From the NCBI GenBank assembly GCA_963422205.2, contig CAXMWX010000007.1, positions 32,001 through 96,000 of the forward strand: a DNA stretch of 64,000 nt, written 5' to 3'. Origin of the DNA: Gammaproteobacteria bacterium. Lineage in GTDB: Bacteria > Pseudomonadota > Gammaproteobacteria > Eutrophobiales > Eutrophobiaceae. Position numbers and translations under genes: made by a program. Every line of letters begins with the position of its first letter. Position 1 is the first letter of the stretch. Positions 18,631-30,538 of this stretch are shown here, piece by piece. Under the pieces are notes generated by a model. That model saw only the letters and a list, made by a program, of their open reading frames with translations, ran no database searches and was not told where the DNA came from.

Positions 18631-21600
18631 TTGATGATGCGGGAGAAATCAAACAAGGCGAGCCAGATCACGCTGCAAGCCCTGCTGGCAGAGCGTATCG
18701 TCATCCTGGATGGGGCGATGGGCACGACCCTGCAACAGGCCGGCCTGACTGAGGCAGATTATACCAATACCGAGCTTGGTAGCCGGACATCAAAATCGCT
18801 GAAAGGCAATCATGAATTACTCGCCCTGACGCGCCCGGACCTGCTGCAACAGGTGCACGAGGCGTTTTTGCTGGCCGGTGCCGATATTATCGAAACCAAT
18901 ACCTTCGGCGCCAATGCCCTGGCGCAGCAGGATTTCTTTATCACATCGGCGGGGGGGCGCAAGGATCAACGCTATTTCGATACCGTGCTGGCCGATGTTG
19001 AGTTGAATCACCTCATCGCCGAGATTAATCATGCGGCGGTCAAGGCGGCACGTTGTGCCATTGATGCTGTTCATGCCAGGGACAAGCAGCCCCGGTTTTT
19101 GGCCGGTGCCATCGGCCCTACCCCCGTCAGTGCCTGCACCGTTGTCGATGTGAATGATCCCGGCTTTAGGCCGATTAACTTCGAGCAGTTGTCCGAGGCC
19201 TACTATCAGCAGGCGCAGGCATTAATCGATGCCGGCGTTGATCTGATTCTGCTGGAGACCATTTTCGATACCTTGAATGCAAAAGCGGCCATCTTCGCAC
19301 TGGAGCAGCTATTTGCAGAGCGGCGCCAGCGCCTGCCCCTGATGATATCCGGGACGATGACAGATCGCGCCGGGCGTACCCTGAGCGGGCAGACGGCCGA
19401 GGCATTCTGGTATTCCGTCAGGCATGCAGAGCCGCTCAGTATCGGCTTAAATTGTGCGTTAGGCCCCGATCTGCTGCGCCCCTATGTAGCCGAGTTAAGT
19501 GAGAAAGCCGATACGTATCTTTGCATCTACCCAAATGCCGGGCTGCCTGATCCGCTGCTGCCCACCGGCTTCCCGGAAACCCCGGAATCACTCGCACCCC
19601 AGATACGTGAATGGGCCAAGGCAGGTTTTCTGAATATTATCGGCGGCTGCTGCGGCACCTTGCCGGCCCACATCAAGGCGATCAAGGAAGCCGTTACCGG
19701 CCTGCCCCCCCGAACCCCTCCCAGTATCACACGCTACTGCCGCCTGAGCGGCCTTGAGCCATTGACCATCACGCCGGAGGTCAATTTTGTCAATGTCGGC
19801 GAACGGGCCAATGTGGCCGGCTCGCCCCAGTTCCTGCGCCTGATAAAAGCAGACAAACTGGATGAGGCCCTGCAGGTCGCCAAACAGCAGGTGGAAAACG
19901 GCGCCCAGATTATCGACATCTGCATGGATGAGGGGATGCTGGATTCGGAAGCCCTGATGCAGCGATTTCTCCACTTGATCGCTGCCGAGCCTGACATCAG
20001 CCGTGTGCCGGTGATGATCGATTCTTCAAAATGGCGCGTGCTGGAAACCGGCTTGCGCTGTGTGCAGGGGAAAAGCATCGTCAATTCCATCAGCCTGAAG
20101 GAAGGCGAGGAGAAATTTATCCAGCAGGCGCATCTGGTACGCCGCTACGGTGCGGCGGTGGTGGTCATGGGGTTTGATGAGCAGGGCCAAGCAGATACCA
20201 CGGCCCGGCGTTTTGAGGTCGCCAGGCGCGCTTATGATATCCTGGTGAACAAAATTGGTTTTCCCCCTGAGGATATTATCTTCGATCCGAATATCCTCAC
20301 GGTGGCCACCGGCATGGCGGAGCATAACCAGTATGCGGTGTCATTTTTCGAAGCGACCCGGCTGATTAAAGACAAGCTGCCGCATGCGCTGATCAGTGGC
20401 GGCCTGAGTAACGTCTCTTTTTCTTTTCGCGGCAATCATCCGGTGCGTGCCGCCATGCACTTGGCCTTTCTTTATCATGCGATTAAGGCCGGTATGGATA
20501 TGGCGATCGTCAATGCCGGTCAGTTGGGTATCTATGATGAGATAGCCCCTGAGCTGCTGGAGAGAATCGAAGATGTGTTGTTCGATCGGCATGCCGATGC
20601 CACGGATGCCCTGGTGGAATTCGCCGCCACTGTCAAGGCAGAACCCGGCGACAAACACACCGGGGCTGATCTCAGCTGGCGTCATGCCCCGGTACAGCAA
20701 CGCCTGACCCACGCCCTGGTCAAAGGGATAGATGATTACATCATCGATGATACCGAAGAGGCACGCCTGCAATTTGCGCGTCCGTTACAGCTCATAGAAG
20801 GCCCGCTGATGGATGGCATGGGTGTGGTCGGCGATTTGTTCGGCGCAGGCAAAATGTTCCTGCCACAGGTGGTAAAAAGCGCACGGGTCATGAAAAAAGC
20901 GGTGGCACACCTCATCCCATTCATAGAGCAGGAAAAAGAAAAAAGCGGTGCTGCCCATAGCAACGGCAGGATCATCATGGCGACAGTCAAAGGCGATGTG
21001 CACGACATTGGTAAAAATATCGTCGGGGTCGTCCTGCAATGCAATAACTTTGAGGTGATTGATCTCGGCGTAATGATCCCGGCCGAGCAGATATTAGAGA
21101 CCGCCAGAGAAGAGAACGCCGATCTCATTGGCCTTAGCGGGTTGATCACGCCCTCCCTGGATGAGATGGTACACATCGCCCAGGAGATGCAACGGCTCAA
21201 CTACCCGCTGCCCTTGTTGATCGGCGGGGCTACTACCTCAAAGGCACATACCGCCGTCAAGATAGCACCGCAATATGATCGGCCAGTGATACACGTCAAA
21301 GATGCCTCACGGGCGGTCGGGGTCGCCCAGCGCCTGATCAGCCGTGAACTCAGCGCCGATTTTGTGCAGCAAACCCAAGCGGAATACCAGCGCCTGCGTG
21401 AACGCCATGCACAAAAAAACACAAAGATCGACTGGCTGACCTTATCACAGGCAAGGGCAAACAAGTTTCAGACCGACTGGCAGAATGTGCAGATACACAG
21501 GCCGAAGCAACCCGGTATACACACCTTCACTGACTACCCGTTGCAGGAGGTGATCGATTATATCGACTGGACACCTTTCTTCATCGCCTGGGAGCTGGCG

Positions 21601-22422
21601 GGGAAATACCCTCGCATACTCAGTGATGCGGTTGTGGGTGAACAGGCCAGGCGCCTGTACCGAGATGCCTGTACCATGCTGAGGCAACTGGTGACAGAAA
21701 AATGGTTCACCGCCCGGGCTGTCGTTGGCCTGTTCCCGGCCAATGCAATCGATGATGATGACATCGTGATTGATACCGCTGCCACCGGCCGAAGCGAGCA
21801 ACAACGATTGCACACATTAAGACAGCAAACCCGCAAGCCTGACTCACAGCCCAATTATGCACTGGCGGATTTTATCGCCCCGGTGGCCAGCGGGCTGACG
21901 GACTATATCGGTGCATTTGCCGTGGCGGCCGGGTTTGGCATGGATGAGCAAATCTGTGCATTTGAACAGGCATACGATGATTACAGCGCCATCATGCTCA
22001 AGGCCCTGGCAGACAGGCTGGCCGAGGCCCTGGCAGAGCGCCTGCATGAGAAGGTGCGGCAAACGATCTGGGGGTATCAAGCCGATGAAACCCTGGATAA
22101 CCAGGCCCTTATTGCAGAAAAATACCAGGGGATCCGCCCTGCCCCGGGCTACCCCGCCAGCCCGGATCACACAGAAAAACAGGCGATATGGCGCTTATTG
22201 CAGGTTGAAGAGAACACTGGCATTACCCTGACAGAGAGTTATGCCATGTACCCGGCGGCGGCGGTCAGTGGTTTATACTTTGCCCATCCCGAAGCGTGCT
22301 ATTTTGGTCTGGGCAAGATCAATCGGGATCAGGTGGCCGATTATGCGAATCGCAAACAGATGGGGATTACAGAGATTGAAAGGTGGCTTGGGCCAAGCCT
22401 TGGCTATGAACCGGAAGCATAA
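18631..22422 (+). CDS. metH: B12-dependent methionine synthase
   Basis: [22 protein letters not shown] cobalamin motif, [10 protein letters not shown]; 1263 aa. Confidence 0.97.
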   Translation: MMMREKSNKASQITLQALLAERIVILDGAMGTTLQQAGLTEADYTNTELGSRTSKSLKGNHELLALTRPDLLQQVHEAFLLAGADIIETNTFGANALAQQDFFITSAGGRKDQRYFDTVLADVELNHLIAEINHAAVKAARCAIDAVHARDKQPRFLAGAIGPTPVSACTVVDVNDPGFRPINFEQLSEAYYQQAQALIDAGVDLILLETIFDTLNAKAAIFALEQLFAERRQRLPLMISGTMTDRAGRTLSGQTAEAFWYSVRHAEPLSIGLNCALGPDLLRPYVAELSEKADTYLCIYPNAGLPDPLLPTGFPETPESLAPQIREWAKAGFLNIIGGCCGTLPAHIKAIKEAVTGLPPRTPPSITRYCRLSGLEPLTITPEVNFVNVGERANVAGSPQFLRLIKADKLDEALQVAKQQVENGAQIIDICMDEGMLDSEALMQRFLHLIAAEPDISRVPVMIDSSKWRVLETGLRCVQGKSIVNSISLKEGEEKFIQQAHLVRRYGAAVVVMGFDEQGQADTTARRFEVARRAYDILVNKIGFPPEDIIFDPNILTVATGMAEHNQYAVSFFEATRLIKDKLPHALISGGLSNVSFSFRGNHPVRAAMHLAFLYHAIKAGMDMAIVNAGQLGIYDEIAPELLERIEDVLFDRHADATDALVEFAATVKAEPGDKHTGADLSWRHAPVQQRLTHALVKGIDDYIIDDTEEARLQFARPLQLIEGPLMDGMGVVGDLFGAGKMFLPQVVKSARVMKKAVAHLIPFIEQEKEKSGAAHSNGRIIMATVKGDVHDIGKNIVGVVLQCNNFEVIDLGVMIPAEQILETAREENADLIGLSGLITPSLDEMVHIAQEMQRLNYPLPLLIGGATTSKAHTAVKIAPQYDRPVIHVKDASRAVGVAQRLISRELSADFVQQTQAEYQRLRERHAQKNTKIDWLTLSQARANKFQTDWQNVQIHRPKQPGIHTFTDYPLQEVIDYIDWTPFFIAWELAGKYPRILSDAVVGEQARRLYRDACTMLRQLVTEKWFTARAVVGLFPANAIDDDDIVIDTAATGRSEQQRLHTLRQQTRKPDSQPNYALADFIAPVASGLTDYIGAFAVAAGFGMDEQICAFEQAYDDYSAIMLKALADRLAEALAERLHEKVRQTIWGYQADETLDNQALIAEKYQGIRPAPGYPASPDHTEKQAIWRLLQVEENTGITLTESYAMYPAAAVSGLYFAHPEACYFGLGKINRDQVADYANRKQMGITEIERWLGPSLGYEPEA

Positions 22423-22528
22423 TCATAACAGGTGCAAACAAAGCGGCGTACCAGGCGGTTGATCTGTGATCATCATGTATTCTCATCATGCCGGGGTAAT
22501 CGCTTGCCGCCTTGTTCTGGCGGGCTTG

Positions 22529-23695
22529 TCAATCCCGGCGCAATCCGGGGTTGGTGGCCACCGGGGTAGGATAGGTTGAGACGATGAGATAAGACGACAC
22601 CAGAAAGGTCAGCAGTGTGGCAAGCTGAATCAGGTAAGAGGTTTGCTCATTAATATACCCTGAGCCGACCGCCAGCACGGCGATCAAAAATGAAAACTCA
22701 CTCACTTGCCCTAAGCGAAAGCCCACTTCCTGCGAAATTTTTTCATCCTCCCCGGCCTTGATAAAGATGATCTTGAAGACGATGGGCTTTAGCCACAGCA
22801 CAGCCGTTGCCAGTACCAAGGCCGGCAGTATAATCTGGGGCAGCATGTCCATGTTAAACAAGGCGCCCAGGGAGAAGAAAAAGATGATCAGAAAAAAGTC
22901 GCGCAGGGGTTTGAGTTTCTCTGTGATAAAAAACGCAATCGGACTGGATGCCAGGGTGATGCCAGCAATGAAGGCGCCAATTTCATGTGACAAGCCCAGG
23001 ATGACGGCCAACTCGGCGATAGCCATGCACCAGGCAATGGCCAGCAGAAATACATACTCATGGATCTGATCGAATTTCGTAATCAGGCGCATCAGGATAA
23101 AGCGCTCCAGCAGCCAGCTGATGGCAATCAAAACCGGCAAGGCGATTAACTGCATGGCAATGTCATGCAGCAGATTGCCGCCTTTGCCGTAGCCCTGTAG
23201 CAGCAGCAGGACAATGATGGCCAGCAGATCCTGGATCAATAACACACTGATGATGATCTGGCCGGTGTGGCGATGATGCAGTGTCGTTGTCGGCAGCAGT
23301 TTTACGCCGATAATCGTGCTGGAGAACATCAACGTGGCACCGATCAAGACCGCCTCGGTCAAGGCATAGGAGAAACCCAGCATGATGAACAGCCCGATGA
23401 GAAAAAACAGCCATGAACTGAGCAAGGTCGTCCACAGGGCTTCACCCAGCATACGCCAAAGCTGTTGTGGCAGCAGGTCAAGGCCAAGCAGATAGAGCAG
23501 AAAGATAATGCCCATATTGGAGATGTCGGCAATCAGCTCGGTATCGCTCACCAAAGCGAGGCCCGAGGGGCCGAGCAAAATGCCAAGGATGATATAGGCA
23601 ACGAGCATGGCCTGCCTGGCATACAGGGCGAGTGTCGCTAACACGGCGGCACCGGCAAAGATGAGAAAGATAGAGAATTCGATGGAGTTTTGCAC
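22529..23695 (-). CDS. Cation:proton antiporter (CPA2/Kef-like membrane domain)
   Basis: Multi-TM; SSTII, LIQDL, GAFIAG, GQVSEFSF. Confidence 0.88.
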   Translation of the reverse strand: MQNSIEFSIFLIFAGAAVLATLALYARQAMLVAYIILGILLGPSGLALVSDTELIADISNMGIIFLLYLLGLDLLPQQLWRMLGEALWTTLLSSWLFFLIGLFIMLGFSYALTEAVLIGATLMFSSTIIGVKLLPTTTLHHRHTGQIIISVLLIQDLLAIIVLLLLQGYGKGGNLLHDIAMQLIALPVLIAISWLLERFILMRLITKFDQIHEYVFLLAIAWCMAIAELAVILGLSHEIGAFIAGITLASSPIAFFITEKLKPLRDFFLIIFFFSLGALFNMDMLPQIILPALVLATAVLWLKPIVFKIIFIKAGEDEKISQEVGFRLGQVSEFSFLIAVLAVGSGYINEQTSYLIQLATLLTFLVSSYLIVSTYPTPVATNPGLRRD

Positions 23696-23942
23696 CGGAC
23701 AGGCAACCTGGTCAAAGTGAAAAAATCAGTGTTACAGTATACCCTACACAAGCTCGGACAGTCTGTATTTACCTTGATAAATCAATCGTTTAATATGCCA
23801 TCAAACACCTGAAAATTTTTATTGTAAATTCATGTGCCATTGGTAAGATGCTGATTTAATAATAAAAAACGTATGGCTATTATACCCGTAACTGACCTTG
23901 ACAGTGGCTGTCGTCATCACCTAATAACCCCGGGGAGAGAAC

Positions 23943-25868
23943 ATGGCTCTTCAATTTGACCTCGCTGGTGACCAAATTGATGGTGCAAGAGACTACCAGG
24001 AGGATGCCTTCCTGATCACGCATCTGACCGATGCCAATGGTAATCCCAGTGCCCTGGTCATCGTGGCTGACGGCATGGGCGGTCATGCGGCCGGTAACGT
24101 TGCCAGTAACATGGCGGTACAGGCATTTAACAAACACGTCTCCAGCCACTACCCGGGCAAAGAGCCAGCAAAAATTCTGCATGAATGCGTGGTCAAGGCC
24201 AACGATTCCATCCAGGCGACCACAGAAGAAACACCGGCGCTCTCCGGCATGGGCTGCACCATGGTCGCCGCTATCCTGGAAGGGGATAAACTCTGGTGGG
24301 CGAGTGTCGGTGACAGCCATGTCTATTTGATCAGGAACAAAGAGTTAATCAAGAAAAATGCGGATCACAGCTATGGCGGCTTTCTGGATCGTATGGCCGC
24401 GGCGGGCAAGCCGGTCCAACCCGAACCCGGCCTTGCCAGAAACATGTTGATGAGTGCCTTAACCGGTGCTGAGATCAATGAGGTGGATGTCTCGGAGGAG
24501 CCGCTTGAGTTACAGGCCGATGATCGCATCCTGTTATGCAGCGATGGCATGGACAGCATCAGCACCAGCAACATCATCCAGCACACTGAATCCTCAGACT
24601 CGCCGAAAGAATGCAGCAAGGCCCTGCTGGATGCCGTTGAAAAGGCCGCCAAGCCGAAACAGGACAACACCACGGCGGTTGTCGTCAATATCACCGAGAG
24701 GGCCGATATAACCGGGCTGGATGATATCAGCCTGCGCCTGGCCACCGACACCACCTGGGGAGCACCCACTGAAACACCGGCGAGCAAGCCTGCGCCTCAG
24801 TCCCGTTTTCGTGACGATGCGCCCGGGGAAGGCAAGAGCAAGGTCGGCTTGATCAGCGGCATCCTCGTGGTGTTGTTGATCGCCGCCGGCGGGGGGTTTT
24901 TTATGCTGCAACAAGGCAAACTCAAACCACCGGCGATCACCCGCAGCACACCAAATGCCGCACCGCCCGCCGATGTGGAAGAAGCAACTGACAAGACGGA
25001 TGCCGCAGATAAGGCGGAAGCTGCCCGCCCCGCCGCCGATACAGCAAAGGCAACCAAGCCCGATAAGCGAAAGGCGGCGACCACAACCAGCAAGAGAACA
25101 GCGGCTAAAGGCAGCAAGGCGGCAAATGCGCCAGGCAGTGAATTTCAGGACACACTCAAAGATGGCAGCAAGGGCCCGATGATGGTATGGATCCCCGCCG
25201 GCACGTTTCAGATGGGCAGCCCCGGCTCCTCACCTCATGCCGAGGAGCGTCCTCGCCATGAGGTGAAAGTCAAGCCGTTCGCACTCAGCAAATATGAGAT
25301 CACCTTTGCCGAGTATGACAAATACGCCAAGGCCAGGGGGCTGCGCCCGCCCAAATCTGCGAATATGAAACGTGACAAGTACCCGGTCATCTTCGTCCGC
25401 TGGGATGATGCCTACAACTACGCCCAGTGGCTGTCTCAGCAAACCGGCCACACCTACCGCCTGCCTTCCGAGGCAGAATGGGAGTATGCCGCCGGTACCG
25501 GTAAAAGATCACCGCACTGGTGGGGCTATAATATCGAGCCCAATCGGGCCCACTGCCAGTTTGGTTGTGAGTCACGCTTCGATCCCAACAGACCCACCCA
25601 GATTGGCAGTTTTCCGGCCAACCGGTTTGGCATACACGACACCGCCGGCAACGTGACCGAATGGGTGGAGGACTGCTGGCATCCAAACTACCAGGGCGCA
25701 CCGACAAACGGCAAGGTCTGGGCTGGCGGCGATTGCGTCTACCGAGTGGTTCGAGGCGGGTCTTATTCCAGCCCGGAGGACTCAATCCGGCACAGCAAAC
25801 GTGACAAGTTCAAATCAAACCAGCGCTACAATGATGTTGGCATTCGGCTGGTACGTGAATTGGAATAA
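23943..25868 (+). CDS. PP2C Ser/Thr phosphatase - TM - FGE/SUMF1-like domain fusion
   Basis: VADGMGGHAAG, VGDS, LCSDG, DNTT; central TM; F.MGS..EE.P.H, YRLPSEAEWEYAA, GNVTEW, RVVRGGS. Confidence 0.88.
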   Translation: MALQFDLAGDQIDGARDYQEDAFLITHLTDANGNPSALVIVADGMGGHAAGNVASNMAVQAFNKHVSSHYPGKEPAKILHECVVKANDSIQATTEETPALSGMGCTMVAAILEGDKLWWASVGDSHVYLIRNKELIKKNADHSYGGFLDRMAAAGKPVQPEPGLARNMLMSALTGAEINEVDVSEEPLELQADDRILLCSDGMDSISTSNIIQHTESSDSPKECSKALLDAVEKAAKPKQDNTTAVVVNITERADITGLDDISLRLATDTTWGAPTETPASKPAPQSRFRDDAPGEGKSKVGLISGILVVLLIAAGGGFFMLQQGKLKPPAITRSTPNAAPPADVEEATDKTDAADKAEAARPAADTAKATKPDKRKAATTTSKRTAAKGSKAANAPGSEFQDTLKDGSKGPMMVWIPAGTFQMGSPGSSPHAEERPRHEVKVKPFALSKYEITFAEYDKYAKARGLRPPKSANMKRDKYPVIFVRWDDAYNYAQWLSQQTGHTYRLPSEAEWEYAAGTGKRSPHWWGYNIEPNRAHCQFGCESRFDPNRPTQIGSFPANRFGIHDTAGNVTEWVEDCWHPNYQGAPTNGKVWAGGDCVYRVVRGGSYSSPEDSIRHSKRDKFKSNQRYNDVGIRLVRELE

Positions 25869-25899
25869 TGCCCTGCAAGCCACTCGGTGCGGCACAGGG

Positions 25900-27282
25900 T
25901 TATCGGCTATCAGAAAAACATGCCGTATCTTTTGAACACGCCGCCCGGCGTAACAGATACCAGACCAGCACAATCGCTGGCAGGCCGATACAGGCGGCAT
26001 ATAAAAAGAACCAGGCATACCCCACGGCATCAACAATGACGCCGGAAAACCCGCCGATAAACTTGCCGGGCAGGGTCATGATTGAACTGAATATCGCATA
26101 CTGTGTGGCGGTGTAGTTCGTATTCGTCAGGCTTGACAGATAGGCGATAAAAACAGTTGATGCAAAGCCGCCACTGATATTATCGAATGCGATCACCATC
26201 GCCAGTTTAACAAGACTCGGGCTGGTGACAGACAGCCAGATGAACAATAAATTCGTCACCGGAATGATGATAGCCCCCAGCAGCAACGGATACATCAAAC
26301 CGTATCTGACCACAGTCAGCCCACCCAGCAGCCCGCCTGCAATCAGCATCAGCCAGCCAAATACCTTGGCCACCTCGCCTATTTGAATCTCCGAGAAGCC
26401 CAGATCGATGTATAAAGGATAGGCCATCACTCCCATGGTAATGTCGCTGATTCGGTAACACCCTATCAAGGCAAGAATAGCGAGCGCCATCCAGCGATTG
26501 CGCTTGAAAAAATCGACAAACGGACTGATAACCGCCACCACAAACCAGGTGTGCACGCTGGTGAGCAACGTTTGCTGGTGTCTCACGCCCAGCTTTTCTG
26601 CCAGCACCGCTTCTCCCATCAGCGTCTCATCCGAGGGCCTGTGCACCGGTTCGGAAATCAGCAGGGCCGTGATCACACCCACCGCCATGCACAGCCCCAT
26701 GCAATGATAGGCCACCGGCCAGGAACTGCTGCCCGCCAGATACAAGGCCACATAGCCGCCGACCAGCACCGCCCCCAGGCGATAGCCGATCACATAATTG
26801 GCCGACATGGCCCCCTGATACAGGGTATCTGCGGCCTCAATCCGCCAGGCATCAATGCTGATGTCCTGCGTTGCCGAGCCAAACGCAACGATGAGCGCAT
26901 ACACGGCAAACAGCGTCAGGTGGTTAAGCGGGTCGGTGAGTGCCATCGCTGTCAGACCTGCTGCGATCAACAGTTGCCCCAGCAACATCCACGACCGGCG
27001 CTTGCCAAGCAGCCGGGTAAGCACCGGCACGGGCAGCGTGTCGATGACTGGCGCCCAGATAAATTTGATGGAATAGGTGATACCGATCCAGCTAAAAAAA
27101 CCGATCGTGGTCTTCTCAACCCCCAGCCTGGCCAGCCAGGCGGACAGCGTGGAGAACACCAGCGGAAATGGCAGGCCGGCAGAGAACCCCAAAAACAACA
27201 TCGTTATCACCTGCGGGCGCGTATAGGTGTGAAAAGCCGCCCGCCAGGTTTGGCGATGGTTATCAGCTTGGGCTGATGACAT
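25900..27282 (-). CDS. ampG: AmpG family muropeptide MFS permease
   Basis: LGFSAGLP, KFIWAPVID, SATQDISIDAWRIE, YTATQYA. Confidence 0.9.
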   Translation of the reverse strand: MSSAQADNHRQTWRAAFHTYTRPQVITMLFLGFSAGLPFPLVFSTLSAWLARLGVEKTTIGFFSWIGITYSIKFIWAPVIDTLPVPVLTRLLGKRRSWMLLGQLLIAAGLTAMALTDPLNHLTLFAVYALIVAFGSATQDISIDAWRIEAADTLYQGAMSANYVIGYRLGAVLVGGYVALYLAGSSSWPVAYHCMGLCMAVGVITALLISEPVHRPSDETLMGEAVLAEKLGVRHQQTLLTSVHTWFVVAVISPFVDFFKRNRWMALAILALIGCYRISDITMGVMAYPLYIDLGFSEIQIGEVAKVFGWLMLIAGGLLGGLTVVRYGLMYPLLLGAIIIPVTNLLFIWLSVTSPSLVKLAMVIAFDNISGGFASTVFIAYLSSLTNTNYTATQYAIFSSIMTLPGKFIGGFSGVIVDAVGYAWFFLYAACIGLPAIVLVWYLLRRAACSKDTACFSDSR

Positions 27283-27292
27283 GGGCTGGCAA

Positions 27293-28999
27293 CTAGCTGC
27301 CGCTTAACTCTGCTTCGCTCATGTGATGTTTAGGATCGACCGGGTGCATCAAGGCATTGCTGATCAAGGCCACAGCCAGCAAAGTCGCCATGAGATACAT
27401 CGTGCTGTTGTAGATACTGGCGGTCGGATCAATCGTCCCCGGCGGGGCGATCTCCATCAGCCTTGCGATGGTGACGGTTTTTGCCTCTATCAATTCCTGT
27501 AATTTATTGACACCGGCCCCAAACGTTGCCTGAAATACCACCGGGTCTATCCTGGTCACCAAATCATGGATCGCCTTCGATACCGAGTGCTCACGTAACG
27601 AGGTGATGGCCAGCGGCCCGATGAAGCCGGCCGTACTCCAGGCAGTCAATAACCGGCCATGAATACCGCCGACATAGCGGGTGCCAAAAATATCCGCCAG
27701 ATACGCCGGGATGGTCGCAAAGCCGCCGCCATACATGGTGAAAATCAGCATCGTTGCCGCATAAAAATACACCAGCCACACCACCGCCGGGCTGACGCTT
27801 ACCTGGCTGGCAGTAAAAGGGATAGAGCAATACAGCACAATGCCGAGGGCGAAGAAGATCCAGTAAGTGTTTCGCCGGCCGATATAATCGGACGTACTGG
27901 CCCAAAAGAAACGGCCCAGCATATTAAACACGCTGATCATGATCACATAAGTGGCGGCAAACGAGCCATTGACGATATGCGGCAAGGTGGTGCCGAATAT
28001 CTCATTCATCATGGTCTTTGCCACGCCCAGCACGCCGATGCCAGCGGTCACATTAAAACACAACACGATCCACAACTGCCAGAATTGCCGGGTCCGCAAT
28101 GCCTCATCGATATCCACGTGGTGCTGCGTCATCATTTTCTTTATCGCCTGGGATTCATCCGGCGGCGTGTAGCCCCTGGGCTGCCAGCCTGCTGCGGGCA
28201 GGCGATAGGAAAATGCGGCAATCATCATGACGATAAAATAAATCACGCCCAGGGTGAAAAAGGTCTGTGCGATGCCCGTTGAGCCAGTACCCACCACATA
28301 CACACCGGTCGGGCCGGGCACCACCATCCTGGCGATCTCATTTGCACCGATAACCACCACCTCCTGCATCTGCCCGGCAACCTCGGCAAACCGCCTGCCC
28401 GCCTCGGTCGTGACCTGCACATCGGCAATCTGGCCGAGATACGCAGGCGCCTGGTAGTAGGAGGTAATCAAAAACTCCTTCAGCGGTGCGCCGATCATGG
28501 CACCACCACCAAAACCCATGATCGCCATGCCAGTGGCCATGCCGCGCCGGTCGGGAAACCAGCGAATCAGCGTACTCACCGGCGAGACATAGCCCAGCCC
28601 CAGCCCACAGCCACCGATCACCCCGTAACCCAGATATAACAGCCACAACTGGCCGCTGATGATGCCAATGCCTCCAATGATAAACCCCCCACCCCAGCAG
28701 ACAGCCGCCACCACGCCCACCATCCTCGGCCCCACCTGTTCCAGCCACCGGCCCGCCAGGGCGGCGGCCAGCCCAAGACAAACGATGGACACCGTAAAAA
28801 CCCAGACCACGCTCTTCAGCGTCCAGTCATCGGCGGCACTGCTGACCACGCCAAGCCGTTTGATCAACGCCGGATTAAAGATGCTCCAGGCATACACCGA
28901 GCCGATGCACAAGTGAATACCGAGCGCAGCCGGCACAATCAGCCAGCGATTAAATTCCGGCTTGGCGATGATGTGTTGTTTGGATAGCCTGCCGACCAT
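27293..28999 (-). CDS. OFA family MFS transporter (oxalate/formate antiporter-like)
   Basis: HLCIGSVYAWS, GLGLGYVSPVSTLIRWFPDRRG, MYGGGFATIPAYLAD; probable ATG 28999. Confidence 0.88.
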   Translation of the reverse strand: MVGRLSKQHIIAKPEFNRWLIVPAALGIHLCIGSVYAWSIFNPALIKRLGVVSSAADDWTLKSVVWVFTVSIVCLGLAAALAGRWLEQVGPRMVGVVAAVCWGGGFIIGGIGIISGQLWLLYLGYGVIGGCGLGLGYVSPVSTLIRWFPDRRGMATGMAIMGFGGGAMIGAPLKEFLITSYYQAPAYLGQIADVQVTTEAGRRFAEVAGQMQEVVVIGANEIARMVVPGPTGVYVVGTGSTGIAQTFFTLGVIYFIVMMIAAFSYRLPAAGWQPRGYTPPDESQAIKKMMTQHHVDIDEALRTRQFWQLWIVLCFNVTAGIGVLGVAKTMMNEIFGTTLPHIVNGSFAATYVIMISVFNMLGRFFWASTSDYIGRRNTYWIFFALGIVLYCSIPFTASQVSVSPAVVWLVYFYAATMLIFTMYGGGFATIPAYLADIFGTRYVGGIHGRLLTAWSTAGFIGPLAITSLREHSVSKAIHDLVTRIDPVVFQATFGAGVNKLQELIEAKTVTIARLMEIAPPGTIDPTASIYNSTMYLMATLLAVALISNALMHPVDPKHHMSEAELSGS

Positions 29000-29533
29000 G
29001 AAGCCCCCTGTTGTGTAATCCCGTTGTTTGGTATGGTTGACTGAGCCTGCCAGAACGACCACCCAGGACGATAGCTGGCAGGATGACAGGGATGTTCAGG
29101 CTGCACCACGATACCCCATTGACTCACACAATCGTCACCTTAACGATAGCGCCGAAAATATCACCGATGCGGGCAGCGTAGTCAAGCGAATACTACCCTG
29201 ACCCTGGTGCGTCTGTCTGTATGCCTCTTTTAGGCGGCAGTGATTCCAGCTCTTGTCTAACCGATGCCTGGCCGTGAGCAGCTGGCAAGGCAAGCCGCTG
29301 ATCATCCAGACAAAATGCACTCCAAAGGGCTGCCGGAAGAGATGATGAACTTCGCCACGCAGCACACCGCCAAAATCCGCCGTGCCTATGAGAAGCTAAA
29401 ACAACAAAGAGCAGGTTAGCTGTGCGGCAGGCTTGTCTTTTGCTTTGACCACGGCCATCCGGCCACGTAAAATAGCCTCTTCTAAGTGATTGCCACAGCA
29501 TAAAAGAAGCCCCTAATAGAGTATCCCCTTACC

Positions 29534-30535
29534 ATGCCCCATCCTGCCGATACGCTGGTTGATAACTTTGGCCGCACTGTCACTTACCTTCGCATCTCTG
29601 TGACGGATCGCTGTGATTTTCGCTGCCTCTACTGCATGGATGATGAGATGCAATTCGTGCCAAGGGCGCGCCTGCTCACGCTGGAGGAGCTGACCACCAT
29701 CGCCCGGGCATTCAGCGAGTTGGGGGTGAGCAAAATCCGTATCACCGGCGGTGAGCCGCTGGTCAGGCGCAATATCATCAAGCTGTTTCAGGACATCGGT
29801 CGTTTGCCCGGTGTGCGGGAGTTGGTCACGACCACCAATGGCTCGCAACTGCCCAGGCTGGCCGGGCAACTGCGGGCAGCGGGCGTTGGCCGGATCAACA
29901 TCAGCCTGGATTCGCTACAGGCGGATAAATTTCGGGCGCTCACCCGGGTCGGCGAGTTGGACTCTGTGCTGGCCGGGATCGCCGCGGCACAACAGGCGGG
30001 CTTTGAAAAAATCAAACTCAATTCGGTCATTCTGAAAAACCGAAACCACGAAGAGGTGCTGGATTTAGTGCGCTTCGCCTGTGAACGTGACATGGACATC
30101 AGTTTTATCGAAGAGATGCCGCTGGGGCTTGTCGGCGGGCGCGACCGGGCCGAGGGCTATTACTCCAGCGATGCCATCCGGGCTGATATTGAAAAAGCCT
30201 ACACGCTGCTGCCCACCACGGAGACCACGGGCGGGCCGGCAACGTATTTCAAGCTGGCAGGCCATGCGACCCGCATCGGCTTTATCTCCCCCCACAGCCA
30301 TAATTTCTGCGCCTCCTGCAACCGTGTTCGCCTCACCTGTGAGGGACGCCTGCTGCTTTGTTTAGGGCAGGAACATTCGGTTGATCTGCGCAAGATCATC
30401 CGCACCCATCCGGGCGATGATGCCGCCCTGAAACAGGCGATTCGTGCGGCCATGCAGATCAAGCCGGAAGGACATACATTTGACTTGACCGCCAAGCCGG
30501 TTATTTTTCGCCACATGAATGTCACGGGCGGATAA
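29534..30535 (+). CDS. moaA: GTP 3',8-cyclase
   Basis: CDFRCLYC, FCASCNRVR..C, C-terminal GG. Confidence 0.96.
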   Translation: MPHPADTLVDNFGRTVTYLRISVTDRCDFRCLYCMDDEMQFVPRARLLTLEELTTIARAFSELGVSKIRITGGEPLVRRNIIKLFQDIGRLPGVRELVTTTNGSQLPRLAGQLRAAGVGRINISLDSLQADKFRALTRVGELDSVLAGIAAAQQAGFEKIKLNSVILKNRNHEEVLDLVRFACERDMDISFIEEMPLGLVGGRDRAEGYYSSDAIRADIEKAYTLLPTTETTGGPATYFKLAGHATRIGFISPHSHNFCASCNRVRLTCEGRLLLCLGQEHSVDLRKIIRTHPGDDAALKQAIRAAMQIKPEGHTFDLTAKPVIFRHMNVTGG

Positions 30536-30538
30536 CCC

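Noticed and set aside
29000-29530. pqqA or small RNA in this long intergenic gap
   Set aside because: No PqqA-like peptide or recognisable RNA motif seen by eye
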